NCBI GenBank assembly: GCA_038087875.1
Contig: CM075996.1
Span: 4,652,001 to 4,716,000, forward strand
Direction: 5' to 3'
DNA from: Malacoraja senta
Lineage: Eukaryota
DNA length: 64,000 nucleotides
The position numbers and the translations under genes were made by a program. Of this stretch, positions 1-12,179 are shown in pieces. The notes beneath the pieces are model-generated. The model worked only from the letters and a program-made list of their open reading frames with translations, did no database searches and was not told the DNA's origin. How positions within the stretch are numbered: the stretch's first letter is position 1; each line of letters opens with the position of its first letter.

Positions 1-619
1 GCCACGATCTGAAATATTTATTTCTAGAATAGGTCACACTTGCATGAAAAAAAAATGCTGTAGGAGATACAGCCAGTTCTGGAACAATTTTTCAGTTTAC
101 ATTATTCATACATGTAATCACACGGGAAAGATGCACACCTACAAATAAGTACATTAATGTAAGACCTCCAGACTGCCTGCAGTTTGCAGATTTCATTGTC
201 AAAGGTTTCGTTAGGCAATGAGTGTCGAAAGTGAGGTCCAAGAGTACTCTTCAGTTGTAATAGCTTTGGAGCACAGGAGATAATTGGTGTAAGGTGTGCT
301 GATGTCAGTTTAGTTACACATTCTTTTTATACTTTTATATTTATAATTTATGTGGTATGTTTACATTTATAATGGCAACTAACTGAAAATTTGCCACATT
401 CTGATTGGCATACTGGAGTGCCTTCATGTAACATTTCACAATAGAAAAAGCTGACAGGAGCTATAAATGTTTAATATTCTCCTATTTAGGCTCTTCAAGA
501 CAAAATCTATTTACATATGAAAAGTTGAGATGCAGTAATATGTATTTTCTGTGTCTATTAGTCAAGTTTTTCAGCTAGTCTTTTTCCTTAAGCGGGACTG
601 CAAATTGCATTTTCTTCAG

Positions 620-1145
620 TTTGCCCAGGCCTGCCAGGTTGCCAACCATTTTAACTCCCCTTCCCATTCCCATGTGTTCCGTCATGGGACATCTCCATTG
701 CCAGAGTGAAGAGTGGGTAGATTACAACCTAACGGTATAAACATTCATTTTTGATAACAACCCCCTGCCCCCCATTCCCCTCTTCCCTACGTCGCACTCA
801 GGTGCGCAGCCATTTCACCCTCTATCCTGACCATTATTTCCCTTTCCACCACCACCCCTGTCCCTATCCACCTGTATCCCTTCTTCTGGCTTCACAATTC
901 ACTCCTTCCTTATCTTACATCCATTCGTCTCCTTTTCATCTCTAGCCTTTGTGCACCCATCTGCAATCAACACCCCCCCACCCCCCACCTCTATTCACCT
1001 ATCACTTGCCAGGCTTTGTCCCACCCCCACCTCTTTTTCAGCTTTCTCCCCTACTTCATTCGTTCGGAAGAAGGGTCCTAACCTGAAATGTCACCTATTC
1101 ACGTCCTTTGGAGATGCTGCCCGACCCACTGAGTTACTCAAGCCC
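620..1145 (+). mobile_element. decayed Penelope-like element 3' end
   Basis: ggttgccaaccattttaactcccc (VANHFNSP) GIY-YIG C-terminal remnant, a pyrimidine-rich UTR and a degenerate tail; homologous to the reverse complement of 17043-17420. Confidence 0.75.
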
Positions 1146-1227
1146 TTTATGTAATTTTTACTTTAATGACGATTGTTATTGCAGTCCCATGTTTCACATT
1201 TAATCACCATCTCTTGTTTCCTTTCAG

Positions 1228-1319
1228 AGTCAGCCTATGAGAAAAGAACGAAACAAAAACTTTTCAAGACAAGGACAGTTGCTGTATAGCAATTTAGAAG
1301 CATTTCTTAATGCTTGCAG
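1228..1319 (+). CDS. MEI1: MEI1 coding exon
   Basis: ctttcag|AGT...TGCAG|gtactt; SQPMRKERNKNFSRQGQLLYSNLEAFLNAC(R), cf. human GKFLLSTLEGFRSACR; ends phase 2. Confidence 0.85.
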
Positions 1320-2132
1320 GTACTTCATGTAAAAAAAAATCAGTTGTGATGAACAAGGCCATTTCAATATTATGTTGGGAAATTATCTGACATGATGAGC
1401 ATTTGATGAATCTTGATTTTTACATATGATGGTGACAGTTATAAAGACCTATGCAATGACCAGATGATCGACTTACAGTATGTTAGACATTTAAATGGGA
1501 AATCTTAATATAAAAGCAAAGGCAAAAATAGTCATATTAAGAAATATATTTTATGGATAGGGTGGCACATACTGTGTACATGTTTTTATGTAGTTCTGGC
1601 ATGGTGTCACATGAATAAATAGAATGGAGGGAGAGAAATAGTTAAGAATATGGGAAGAAAATGGGATGAAGAGAAGGAGAATGGAAAAGGAACAATGGGA
1701 GAAAAGTTTAAAGGGGATAGAGATATGGGGAAGCAAGATTATAGGTGGAGTGGAGGGAAACTAAGGAGTGCTGGTGGGTGGGAAGGATTGATAGATAGCA
1801 CTGTGAAGGATATGGGACATGTGGGTTGGTTATGTGTGACATGATCAATGAAATTGCTGCCTGGCACCAAGATCCAGATGTTCCAATAATGGCACCTGAA
1901 ACTGTTAACACACAAAATATACACGTTAGATTATATAATTTTTGTTGACATGATCAAAAATCCAGCATCCTATCATCAGTGCAAGCACTGCTAAAATTGG
2001 GATGTGGGGGGCTGGCAGGGGAGCTGGGATAAGGAATTGTTGATGCTGATTTTGGGAAATTCTGGAAGAGTTTTTGAGTACAGTAAAACTCTTATCTGCC
2101 TTCTGATTATATGGAAATCCTGATAGTTTAGC

Positions 2133-3284
2133 AACTAGCTCACCAAGTACTATTTGCTGCACTCCCTCTCCACTAACTCAGGCCAGAGTTCCCAAAATCT
2201 CGCCGATCTCAAAATGGCGGCGGGTCCGGCAACCCTCCCCCAATTGCGCATAAGAGAGTGTATAACATGGCGGCGCCTCGCGGCAGCTGCCTCTCCAGTC
2301 CGTCTGTCCTTTTTAATCTTTGTCCTGTTGAGTGTATAGTTTGGTTGTAGTTTATATATTGTTTTTAGCTGTGTATATGCGGGGGGGGGGGACTTTCAAA
2401 TTTCTTCCCTGTACGGGGGACCCGACCTTATCCCTGTCGGGTCTCTGCTGTCGTTGGGGCCTAGCACCTTGGAGCGGCCTCCATTCGGAACGACCTGGGG
2501 GCTCCAGTCGCGGAGCCTGCGGACTCACCATCGTGGAGCTGGCCAGCTTCAGAGCGTGGAGAGCTGTGGTGGCGCGCGGCTGCAACCCGACTTCGGAGCT
2601 TCCGAGGCTCCAGCCGCAGGCCCGGTGGACGGTGACATCGGGAGCTCGCGGGTCCCTGGTGGGAGACTGCTTTTCGGAGCTCCCGCAACGGCAACGTCTC
2701 CTACCTGAATTGCGGGTTTGAAAACGACCCGGAGCGGGGCCTTACATCACCCGGAGCGGCCTTAACGGCCACGGGACTTGCCATCGCCCACGTGAGGCTT
2801 TAACATCAGGAGAAGAATGGAAAACGGGAGAGCAATGACTTTGCCTTCCATCACAGTGAGGAGGAGATTCACTGTGATGGATGTTTGTGTTAATTGTGTG
2901 TCTTGGTTTTTTCTCTTGTTGTATGACTGCAGAAACCAAATTTTGTTTGAACTTCATTTGAGGTTCAAATGACAATAAACACTATTGTATTGCATGCGCA
3001 GCTGACGGGTTCCTGTTGTGACGCCACGACAATCCTCCCCCAACTGCGCAGGGGCGGCTGGCAAGTGGGAGCGCGACTGCCAGGTTTATTAAAGTTTAAA
3101 AAAGTCAATAACTTGTAAAATATAACATGAATCTGAACAAAACTTGCTAGTTTACATCGCAGGACAATGGTGAGGAAGGTGGGCCTAACATTGTCGCGCT
3201 ATCGTGTACCGTTTTTGCGGAGTTTTGGGGAAAAACAAATATATATACAAACATACAAGATGAGAATTTTTGTAATATATAGAT
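2133..3284 (+). mobile_element. possible Helentron/HINE-like non-autonomous element hosting the 2252-2995 insertion
   Basis: 3' end acaaacatacaa...gtaatatatagat and an internal repeat cctcccccaaYtgcgca; 5' boundary uncertain. Confidence 0.35.
2252..2995 (+). mobile_element. GC/CpG-rich non-autonomous retroposon with a Rex/Babar-type tail
   Basis: Ends in aaatgacaataaa + (tattg)n, like the Rex-type tail near 61130-61170. Splits the host motif tgcgcat|gcgca, with gcat on both sides. Confidence 0.55.
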
Positions 3285-3392
3285 TTGAAATAGTGTAAAT
3301 AAGAATTTGCAGGGATAGAGACCAACTGAACAGCTAACAATAATTTACTGAAGAATTGGGGTTAATGGAAATGACATGCAGAATGACTGTTT

Positions 3393-3609
3393 AAGAATGA
3401 ACTGCAGATGCTGGAAAAATCGAAGGTAGACAAAAATGCTGGAGAAACACAGCGGGTGAGGCAGCATCTATGGGGCGAAGCTTTTTTCTTCTTCCCGTCC
3501 CCCAACCCCACATCAGTCTGAAGAAGGGTCTCGACCCGAAACGTCACCTATTCCTTCGCTCCATAGATGCTGCCTCACCTGCTGAGTTTCTCCAGCATTT
3601 TTGTCTACC
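3393..3609. mobile_element. Penelope-tail mini-element with inverted arms
   Basis: Arms at about 3425-3480 and 3554-3609 are reverse complements. Hammerhead-like core at 3518-3545. 16-bp TSD tgcagaatga(c/t)tgttt at 3377-3392 and 3610-3625. Confidence 0.9.
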
Positions 3610-4769
3610 TGCAGAATGATTGTTTGTGGTGGCGAAACGGGATGGACGGTAAGAATAACTTCCTTAAAGGTATTTGGGCAATAATTTTGATAATGGTCAA
3701 AGGAATGTTGATAGAGTTGCTGAATTTTGCTATTCAGTTAAATTTATTAGAGAGGCGTGAAGTGATCCCTTGACAAAGTTAGCATTTGACTGAGTGTGGC
3801 ATTGGAGCTTTGGTGAAATTGAACTCATTGGTAATTAAGGGGAAAGGTTTCCATTGCCCAGTCATATCTAGCCTAAAGGAAGATAATTGTGGTCAATCAT
3901 TTCACTCAAAACATCATTCACACTCTTCAGAGCAGGGTCCTAAACTCAACTATAGGTCAGAACAGTAGGTACTAGAAGATTTTCAACTGTGATAAATAAG
4001 TCTGAACTTCCAAAAAGAACTGCACTTGCTAGGTATCTCAGAAAAATTGAAAAAGCTAGAAACACTCGTGGTCAGTCAGCACTCATGAAACGAGATAGAG
4101 ATAATGTTTCAGGCTAAAGATCCGAAGACCAATCTTCAATAAGTCTTTGACCTGCATGCTAGAATAAATAGCCAGTTTTGGGTTAGCCTGGCAGATGAAA
4201 AATGACGTTGACTCCAAATTGACTCCAAATGTTCTGGGCAATGATCACCTCCAGTAAGAGAGTTTAACCACATTCCTTTGCAAGTCCTCCAATATTTACA
4301 TCCTAGGGGAGGGAAACAAAATCAATCTCAAACTTAACTGGATAAGTCACATAAATATAGATACAAAGTGCTGGAGTAACTTTGCAGGTCAGGCAGCATC
4401 TCTGGAGTACATGGATAGGTGACATTTTGGGTCGGGACCCTTCAGACTGGTTGAACTGAGTTTGCAGTTACGCATGTCTGAATACATAAATACTGTGGCT
4501 ACAAGAGAAACCAGAAATTGGGCTCCTTGCATTTTAGTGAGTCAGCACCTGATTCGCCAACGCCTATCCACTCTGTACAAGGTATGTGCTAGCTGTGGAC
4601 ATGAGTGCAGATTCAATGCTGATGCTCAGTAAATCAGGATTGATCAGGAGAAAGCAGCTTGATTGATTGTCATCTAATCTTTCAATTTAAACATTAATTT
4701 GTCAATTACAACATTCTGTTGAAACATTATCAATCATTTCAAAGTTACACTGCAGCAACATTCGTTCAC

Positions 4770-5110
4770 TATCCAGGAATTCAAACAATCTTTTCAAGTG
4801 AAGCGTCATTCACTTGAATTTATTCCACTCTAGTGTTTTGCATTCAGTTTTTACAATGTAGTACTTTCTACATTGGAAACCAAATGCAGATTGTGTGAAC
4901 ACTTTTGTATAGGACCTGAGTGACCCTGAGCTTTTGGTTGCCTGCCATTTTAATTCCCATTTTCACTCTCACTCTGACATATCTGTTGGTGACCTCCTGC
5001 ACTGTCACACTGTTGCCCAATGCATGCTCAATCAAACACCTCATCTTCTGCCTGGGCATTTTGCAACCTTTCAGTCTCGGTATCAAAATCTCCAACTTTA
5101 GGTAACTTAC
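4770..5110 (+). mobile_element. old Penelope-like GIY-YIG fragment
   Basis: Degenerate match to the QSFQV...YIGETK...HFNS...HLIFCLGILQP region of the 17251-18708 ORF. Confidence 0.7.
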
Positions 5111-5164
5111 TCTTTTTGTCAGTTTCAAAACTGGCCAATTCTTCCATTCATCCTCTTGATTTTT

Positions 5165-5720
5165 GGCCCGGCTTGCCGCTGCCACGGACCGCGACAGATG
5201 GGACCCCAGTAAGCAGGCCCGGCTCTCCGCTACTGCGGACTGACGACGGAGAACTGCCCGCCAAGGATCGCAAGCCGTGGATCGATGCCGATGGAGGACC
5301 ACTGCCGCGGACCGAGAATCGCTCGCCGCAGACTGACAATGGAGAACCTACCAATAGGACTGTTAGGCCCTGCTCGCACACCGCAAACTCTGAACTCGGG
5401 CCCGAGCCACCGGCATTGATGAGAACACATCACCAAGAACAAGGAGGGACATGGAACATTGAGGTCGGAGTCACTGGGGACCGAGGTGGACAGGCTGTGT
5501 TGCAGAGAACAAAGGGGACCCAGCGTGGAGAGGGTGGGTTGGGGGGGGGGCAGCGCAGAGGAAAGGTTGGACAAGGGGGGTGGGACAAAGAAAGGACCAA
5601 CGATATTTAAGGGTACTTTTGTAACTTTGTCGGCGCCTTGTGGCGACTCTTTTGTACTGTGTATACAAAAACAAAGAGTTTCACTGTACCTTCACGGTGC
5701 ATGTGACAATAAAGTATCAG
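5165..5720 (+). mobile_element. GC-rich non-autonomous retroposon with a Rex/Babar-type tail
   Basis: Ends in tttcactgtacc...catgtgacaataaag; internal short imperfect repeats (gactgacNaYggagaac). Confidence 0.5.
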
Positions 5721-6372
5721 TTTTGCATTCTTCATTGATATAGTCTGGCTTACTAAGCATGCCCCACATCCCTGATATTTGCAACATATACAAAACAAAG
5801 AAGTTTATCCATGTAAGTGGTAAAATAATTAAAAGGGGAATTGATAGGCAATGATAGAGAATAAATAGCAGGGCTGCATGGTAAGAAGGAATTGGGGGCG
5901 GGAAGAGTTGCATAGAATTGATTGGATGTGCTCTGATGGGAGCCAGCATGGACCCGATAGGTCAAATGGCTTTCATCTGCATCGAAATAAGCAAATGTAA
6001 TGTGATATGAGGACACCAGAAACAAACTCAGACTAAGAAAAGAATAGTTTAGGAATTTGTTAAAATCATTATGAAATGCTTTTGCTTCCAAATAAGAAAC
6101 TGGAGATGAAAAGCTTGGAAGCAGATAACTGGTAAAAATGGACAGTGGTAGGTTAATTCTCAATTGAAAGGCACGGATCGGTTGAAAAGTCTTCCTTGCC
6201 ATTGTTTATTATGGATGATTCAGCATGAAGGAGTTTCTCTGCCAAAAAGTAACTCTATACTTTTTTTTCTTCCCATTTGTGATTCCAAGCCTGTGGTCAT
6301 TTCCTTTGTTGTGGCAATAGACTGCCACTGAAGTTCTGAAAATCTCTTCATGCTCAAAGTATTCTTTTGTAG

Positions 6373-6514
6373 GTTAGCAATTGATTGTCAAAAGGATCGA
6401 TCATTGCAAGAGAATGCTTTCACATCACCTGGAATTGCAAGTGAGAATGTGCTGGAGAATTTCTCAGAGTTTCTGCTGACAATTTGCGACACTTTGTGTA
6501 TCCCAATTGTAATG
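6373..6514 (+). CDS. MEI1: MEI1 coding exon
   Basis: ttgtag|G...ATG|gtaaga; [47 protein letters not shown]; phase 2 to 0. Confidence 0.93.
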
Positions 6515-7531
6515 GTAAGAAATATAAACATTTTATTTATTATAAGTAAATTAATTATTTTTAATACGCTGGATTTCTTGAGCAAAGACAGTTAAAAATT
6601 ATGAATGGTTTTATGAACCAAATACTGAGAAAATATTTCCATTGGTAGAGGGATGGTGACCAGAAAACACAAATTTAAGGTAGCCAAAAACAAACTGCTG
6701 GAGGAACTCAGTAGGTGAGGCAGCACCTTTGAAGGCAAAATTGACATTTCAAGTTGAGATCCTTCATCTGGACTGAAAGAGTAGAGGGATAATACCAGTA
6801 CAAAGAGATGAGGGGAATGGATTGGGCAAGAGCTGGCAAGCAATAGAAGAATCCAGGTGAAGGGTTATATCATACAGAAACAGGCCTTTCGGCCCCTCGT
6901 CCATGCAGACTAAGGTACTCCATCTAAGCCAGTCTCATTAGCCTACATTTGGCCCATATCGCTTTGAACCTTTCTTATCCATGTGCTTATTCAATAGAGG
7001 CAGTGCATCTCACCTAATGTCACTGCAGTAAATGAAAATTTGAAATATATCACTCGTCAGTTGTTGCTACCTTGAATGACCTGGAGGATAGGAAGTTCAG
7101 GTACTGATTTTTACAGGGTCAGGAATCTGGCTGTTGTACTGCATGTGAAAGGCTTCAGAAAGTTTGAGATCTCTATGTGTGTGCTTGAACAGATTTCTGG
7201 AATTGATAGGCAGAAATGTGTATCTGATCTGTATTGGTCCATAAGCATGTCAATTTTGCCTTCAATATGCCTGACTTGCAAATGCAGTTCACAACAGCAC
7301 CCGATGTAAAGCAGAGAAGAAGTTCAAAAGTAGCAGTGCATGTCACCTAATGTCACTGCAGGAGCTTTCTTATTAGAAAACTGCAGAAGTGTGCGTCATG
7401 AGTATGAGTGGCTTCTTATTCACACATTTAAATGAGTACTTTGTGGAAGTTCTATGATTCAGACATTCAGAGACATGGCCTGCAAAGATTGACTGAAAGT
7501 GCCTGGTTTTATTTCCCAAACTACAACTCAA

Positions 7532-7678
7532 AGCAAAGAACCATGTATTTTCATTTTCTCAAAAAAACATTGATTTTCAATTGTATTATTGCTTAAAAAT
7601 TTAGCAAAGAACCATGTATTTTCATTTTCTCAAAAAAAACATTGATTTTCAATTGTATTATTGCTTAAAAATTTAGCA
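7532..7678. repeat. two-copy 71/72-bp tandem duplication
   Basis: agcaaagaaccatgtattttc...gcttaaaaattt is repeated at 7532 and 7603, differing only in A-run length. Confidence 0.95.
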
Positions 7679-8357
7679 TTGAGTAATTCATTTTTAGGAA
7701 TGCTTTTTATGATATTGCAGATTTCACCTTGAAAATCCTTCTTGATAACTAGCAATACTAATGATGAAAATTGTTTGGTAATCAAGCAGATTTTATAATG
7801 CACTTGTTTGTTCTAAAATGTCCCTTGTACTGAACGGAAAGTGCTGCAGCATCTCAGGAGGTCATGGGTAGGTGACATTTTGGGTCATTTTGTGATGATG
7901 ACCTTTCGTCAAAAGTAGAAAAACAATCATTATACAGGGAAAGAGAGATGTAGGGAACAAATTAAAAGCTTTTTATTATGGTGGAGACAAATAGGTTGAA
8001 TATCACAAATAGTGACGATGCTGGCTGAGAAATCTTGCTTTCTTCTCAGAGTTCAAATAAAAAGTAATTGACCTGAAACTTTAACTGTCTCTGCAAATAT
8101 TGAACCCCTCCTGAGTATTTTGGGCATTATTCTTTACTATATCAGATTTTCAGCTGTTTGTTGCTCTTTAACAGTGTAAACTCTCCAGGTCTACCTCACA
8201 TTTTATTCAACAATAAATTTGGGAATTAAACAACAATGAACAAATGTGCCCTTAAGAGACCTGCAACAATAAAGTTTAGCTTGACTGGCAATTGGTTTGT
8301 TCTGTTATATTCATAATTTTATTGGTCAATTTTCTCTTCTGTATTTCATTCTAACAG

Positions 8358-8469
8358 AAATATTATGAAAAGACTCCTAACGCCACAGTGATGGAGGTTT
8401 TCTTCTCCATTCTCAGTGTGCAGTACACTATTTTGCCCAACACAGCCAACCTATTTTCTGTTAAGCTAG
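8358..8469 (+). CDS. MEI1: MEI1 coding exon
   Basis: taacag|AAA...CTAG|gtatgg; KYYEKTPNATVMEVFFSILSVQYTILPNTANLFSVKL; phase 0 to 1. Confidence 0.9.
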
Positions 8470-8648
8470 GTATGGCATTCTACCATTTTTAAGTTCCAAT
8501 GCAATTGTTTGTCAGTACATTAACACTATTATATTTGTGTTGCTTTTAAAATGAATTATAATATTCCTACCATGATAGTTGCCTACATTTACATTTAAAC
8601 TACCTATAAACCACCACTCAATTCAATATTTGAATTAACTACTTACAG

Positions 8649-8709
8649 CTTCATCATCTTTTATAAAGTTTACAATGGAACTGAAAAACAGATTATGTAC
8701 AGGAGGCAG
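8649..8709 (+). CDS. MEI1: MEI1 coding exon
   Basis: ttacag|CT...GGCAG|gtaatg; (A)SSSFIKFTMELKNRLCTGG(R), cf. human ASSSFIRLTLELKARFCSG; phase 1 to 2. Confidence 0.9.
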
Positions 8710-8884
8710 GTAATGCAACCTACATATTCACATATTTATGTTTTACGGCTAAATTATGCTGTCATTTTGTTAGTGAATGTACCTTTTTTCTATTTTATTC
8801 AGTGACTTAAAATTCATTTCCACAGCTCTACCGCTTATGCTAGGTGAGAATTCTAAAATATATGATTTTTTTATGTTTTATTAG

Positions 8885-8979
8885 AAATCCAAAATTGAAT
8901 CAGGCCTGCTCAGACTTCCTTTGTGCCTTGTGTCGAAACCTATTTTCAGCTACGGAAGATGTTCTGAATTATCAGCATG
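8885..8979 (+). CDS. MEI1: MEI1 coding exon
   Basis: tattag|A...CATG|gtatgg; NPKLNQACSDFLCALCRNLFSATEDVLNYQH; phase 2 to 1. Confidence 0.88.
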
Positions 8980-9519
8980 GTATGGATGATATTTTTTTTT
9001 CTCATTTCTAATTTCACAAAAATTATCCTTGAGGCTGCGTGAGACCTGTGGAGTTTTTATGATAAAAACCTGTCACCTTTTCCATTCTCCAGACATTTGC
9101 TTCAATTGCTTATTACCTTGTAAAATGAAATGTTGACATCTATAAAATGGGTAACCAATGTAATTCGTCACCATTATGTGCATTTCACAGAATGACAATT
9201 GTTTCAGCAAAGGAAGCCTTTAGCTTGTGGGAGTACAACATTCCAGTCTCCTGCCCTCTCCCAATGGCCCAGCAAGTTCTTTCTTTTCAGATATTTATCC
9301 AGCTTAATTTTTCTCTTTTGCCTGTGTTTCCATGGATTTACTGGTAATCCATAAACCAGTGATGAAAGTCCCACAACATCTTATTTTGTTGGGAAATGGC
9401 CTGGGAGTATTTCCTTCCTTGATTTAATTCGTATTTTTCAAATGCCAAAGGTCCCACAGTAAAATAAAACCTTCAAGAAAAGATTTTCTGCTGACTCCAA
9501 TATCTTTTTGTTCTGCATC

Positions 9520-9810
9520 CTCAGAGTTCCTGGGTTCAGTCCTGACCTTAGATGCTGTCTGTATGGACTTTGCATGTTCTCTCCATGACTCTCTGAATGA
9601 TCCAGTTTCCTCTATATTCCAACTATGTGCTGGTAGGTTGATTGATTACTCTAAATAAATGACAAAAGAATCTTAAGGGGACTTAATGGGTAAGTGGTAG
9701 GGAATAAGTTGCACGGCCACAGGGAAATAAGAAAGGGAAAAGATCTAATGAGATTTGCTTCACTGGGGTCCAGCATTGATCCAATGGGCTAAATGGCCTC
9801 CTGTGTCATA
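9520..9810 (+). mobile_element. old V-SINE/HE1-like SINE
   Basis: B-box-like gggttcagtcctgacc, V-domain-like gctgtctgtatggactttgcatgttctctcc and a CR1-type tail. Confidence 0.65.
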
Positions 9811-11049
9811 TGTTTATTGTGAATATAAGACCCCTAAAGCACGAGTTTGGACTGGCATAGGAAAGATAAGGAATTTGATGAAATTATTAATTGCAGATAT
9901 CGTTGGAAACTGGAAACAAAAATCCTGGAGTTGGATGACTGCTGTGAACGGGCAGTATTATGTTTCTTTTTTTATTGAAGATCTAGGATGTATTGAAAAG
10001 CCTTCCTTGTCCAAATTAATAATGAGTGATGCAGCATGAAGGGTTTTTTTCTCTCAAGGTGTAACTCTACACTTCTGAATCATTTGTAATTTTCTTTGTC
10101 ATGGCAATATAATGTCATAGAGACAGCTTTGAAAATAACTGTAAATTGCCCATAGAGCAGTGAGTTGTGGGATAATCAGGGGGGGGGGATTCAAGGAGAG
10201 AATCAGGGAGTAGTTAATCACGTGCGTGGTAGCTTGGGAACACCGTCCAATCAGAGGACGGTGATGCAGGACTTGCCCGGGGCACAGTTTTAAAGTGTAG
10301 GAAGTAACTGCAGATGCTGGTTTACACCGAATATAAACACAAAATGCTGGAGTAACTCAATGGGACAGGTAGCACCTCTGGAGAGTAGGAATGCGTGACA
10401 CTTTAAAAGGCTGCAGCTATTTTATGCAAGTCGAGGTGATGTACTATGTTCAAAGTTAGTTCGTAAATTACTTATTCCGTTATCGTTCTGGGCAATTGGT
10501 GACGAGGTTTAAAAAAAAAAGAAACATAAACGGCTCTTCAAGCTCCTTATCTATTCTGGTCGACGGCGACAGCGGGACCATCACCAGAGGCTTCTCCGCT
10601 TTCCAACAACACCTCCCCAGGACCACATTGAGCTTTTACCAATTTTAACACCAACGACAAGACTGGAGGAAGCAGCTGAGCTCAAGATGCTCCACATGCA
10701 CGTGGGAGAGCTTGAGCAGAAATATTTTGACACCCTGCTACTACGCAATGAAGCAGGTTTTCCTAATGCGTTGTCAGCCAGGAACGTCACGGGTGCGCAC
10801 ATGCGTGGTAGATTGGAAACACCGTCCAATCAGCGGGACTTGGCCGGGACACAGTTTAAAAGGCTGCAACCAATTTATGTAGGTTAAGGTGATGTACTAT
10901 GTTTGAAGTAAGTTACTAAATTACAGTTAAATTACTTACTCCGTTGGTATTGTTCCCAGGCAATACATAACAGTGTGTATTAACTCTACTAAGGTCTTGA
11001 CATATTACATTTAGTAAAAATCTTTGGTATGCATATTTCCTTACAACAA

Positions 11050-11372
11050 AGAAACAGGCCATTGTGCTCACTGAGCCAATGCCAGCTCTCAGAGCAATTT
11101 CATCAATCCCACACTTCCACATTTCCCTGTAACCAATTCTCTCATGTGCCTATCAAATCCCCCATGATTTATTTAGCAGTTACCTAAATTAGGCAAAATC
11201 TATAGTAGCCATTAATCTACTGGCATGTCTTTGGGATGCGGGGAGAAATCAATGTACCCACAAGTCACAAGAAGAAGGTGCAAAATTCATATAGACAGTA
11301 CCGGAAATTAGGGTTGAATTCAGATTGCTGGATCTGTGAGACAGCAGCTCTTCTTGCTGCGCTACTGTGTTG
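11050..11372 (-). mobile_element. old V-SINE/HE1-like SINE
   Basis: Reverse complement is homologous to 22623-22940. Confidence 0.6.
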
Positions 11373-11916
11373 CGATTATGTTTTAGCTCCACTTTGTTAA
11401 ATTTGTTATAATACAGTTTACATAAACTTGGGAGTATGTAAGGAAATAAATAGAGATTGATACATTTATATTTATGTAATTTGTCTTGTTTATTTGCTTT
11501 TGTACTTTGCTTCCAATTTTCTCTCCTTATCTCCCAAAGTCACTTCTTCACACTCAACTATGGCTCCACAGATAACAACCCATGAATGCCTCAACCATTA
11601 GCATTATTCATATTTTAGCTTATTGCATATTGACACAATCATGAACAAAAGAAGGCATAATTGCCAAGTTCCTCGCTTTCCATGTCCATGGAAAGCTATC
11701 AAAAGGTGCAGTTCTGAGCGAGTAATTTTGTTACTTTATTCAAATGCTTTAATGCAAATATAGCTGCCAAAATATTGCTCCTGCTTGTTGAATTGACTTC
11801 CTTAATCCATTGCATAAATGTTTGCACGATTCAATGTTATACAGTTATATAGTGTAAGATTAAAACAATGAGAGATGTCACTGTAATTATCTATGAACAA
11901 TTTTCTCTGGTCCTAG

Positions 11917-12094
11917 ATCTGGAAGAAGTTTCTGCACTCTTTGCGAAGTGTATTCCACATCTGAACTATACATTTTTAGACATTATATCTGTACTTTCCG
12001 AAAGTTTAGACACAATTGGAATAGACGAAGATCTCCAAAACCACCAAAATTGTCTGCTATTATTATTATACTTGGCCCATATGTACGATAACAG
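11917..12094 (+). CDS. MEI1: MEI1 coding exon
   Basis: tcctag|AT...AACAG|gtaaca; (D)LEEVSALFAKCIPHL...QNCLLLLLYLAHMYDN(R); phase 1 to 2. Confidence 0.9.
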
Positions 12095-12179
12095 GTAACA
12101 GCCTATTTAGAAACATTGTTTAGTTGTTGATAAAACAAATTGCATACTTGTATCATACAAACTATTGATGGAAGGACAT

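Noticed and set aside
2332..2721. GC-rich ORFs / CpG island suggesting a nested gene
   Set aside because: They lie inside a retroposon-like insert with a LINE-type tail, with no splice structure or protein similarity.
5020..5610. 196-aa ORF and overlapping antisense ORFs
   Set aside because: It spans a decayed Penelope fragment and a GC-rich repeat and has no recognisable domain.
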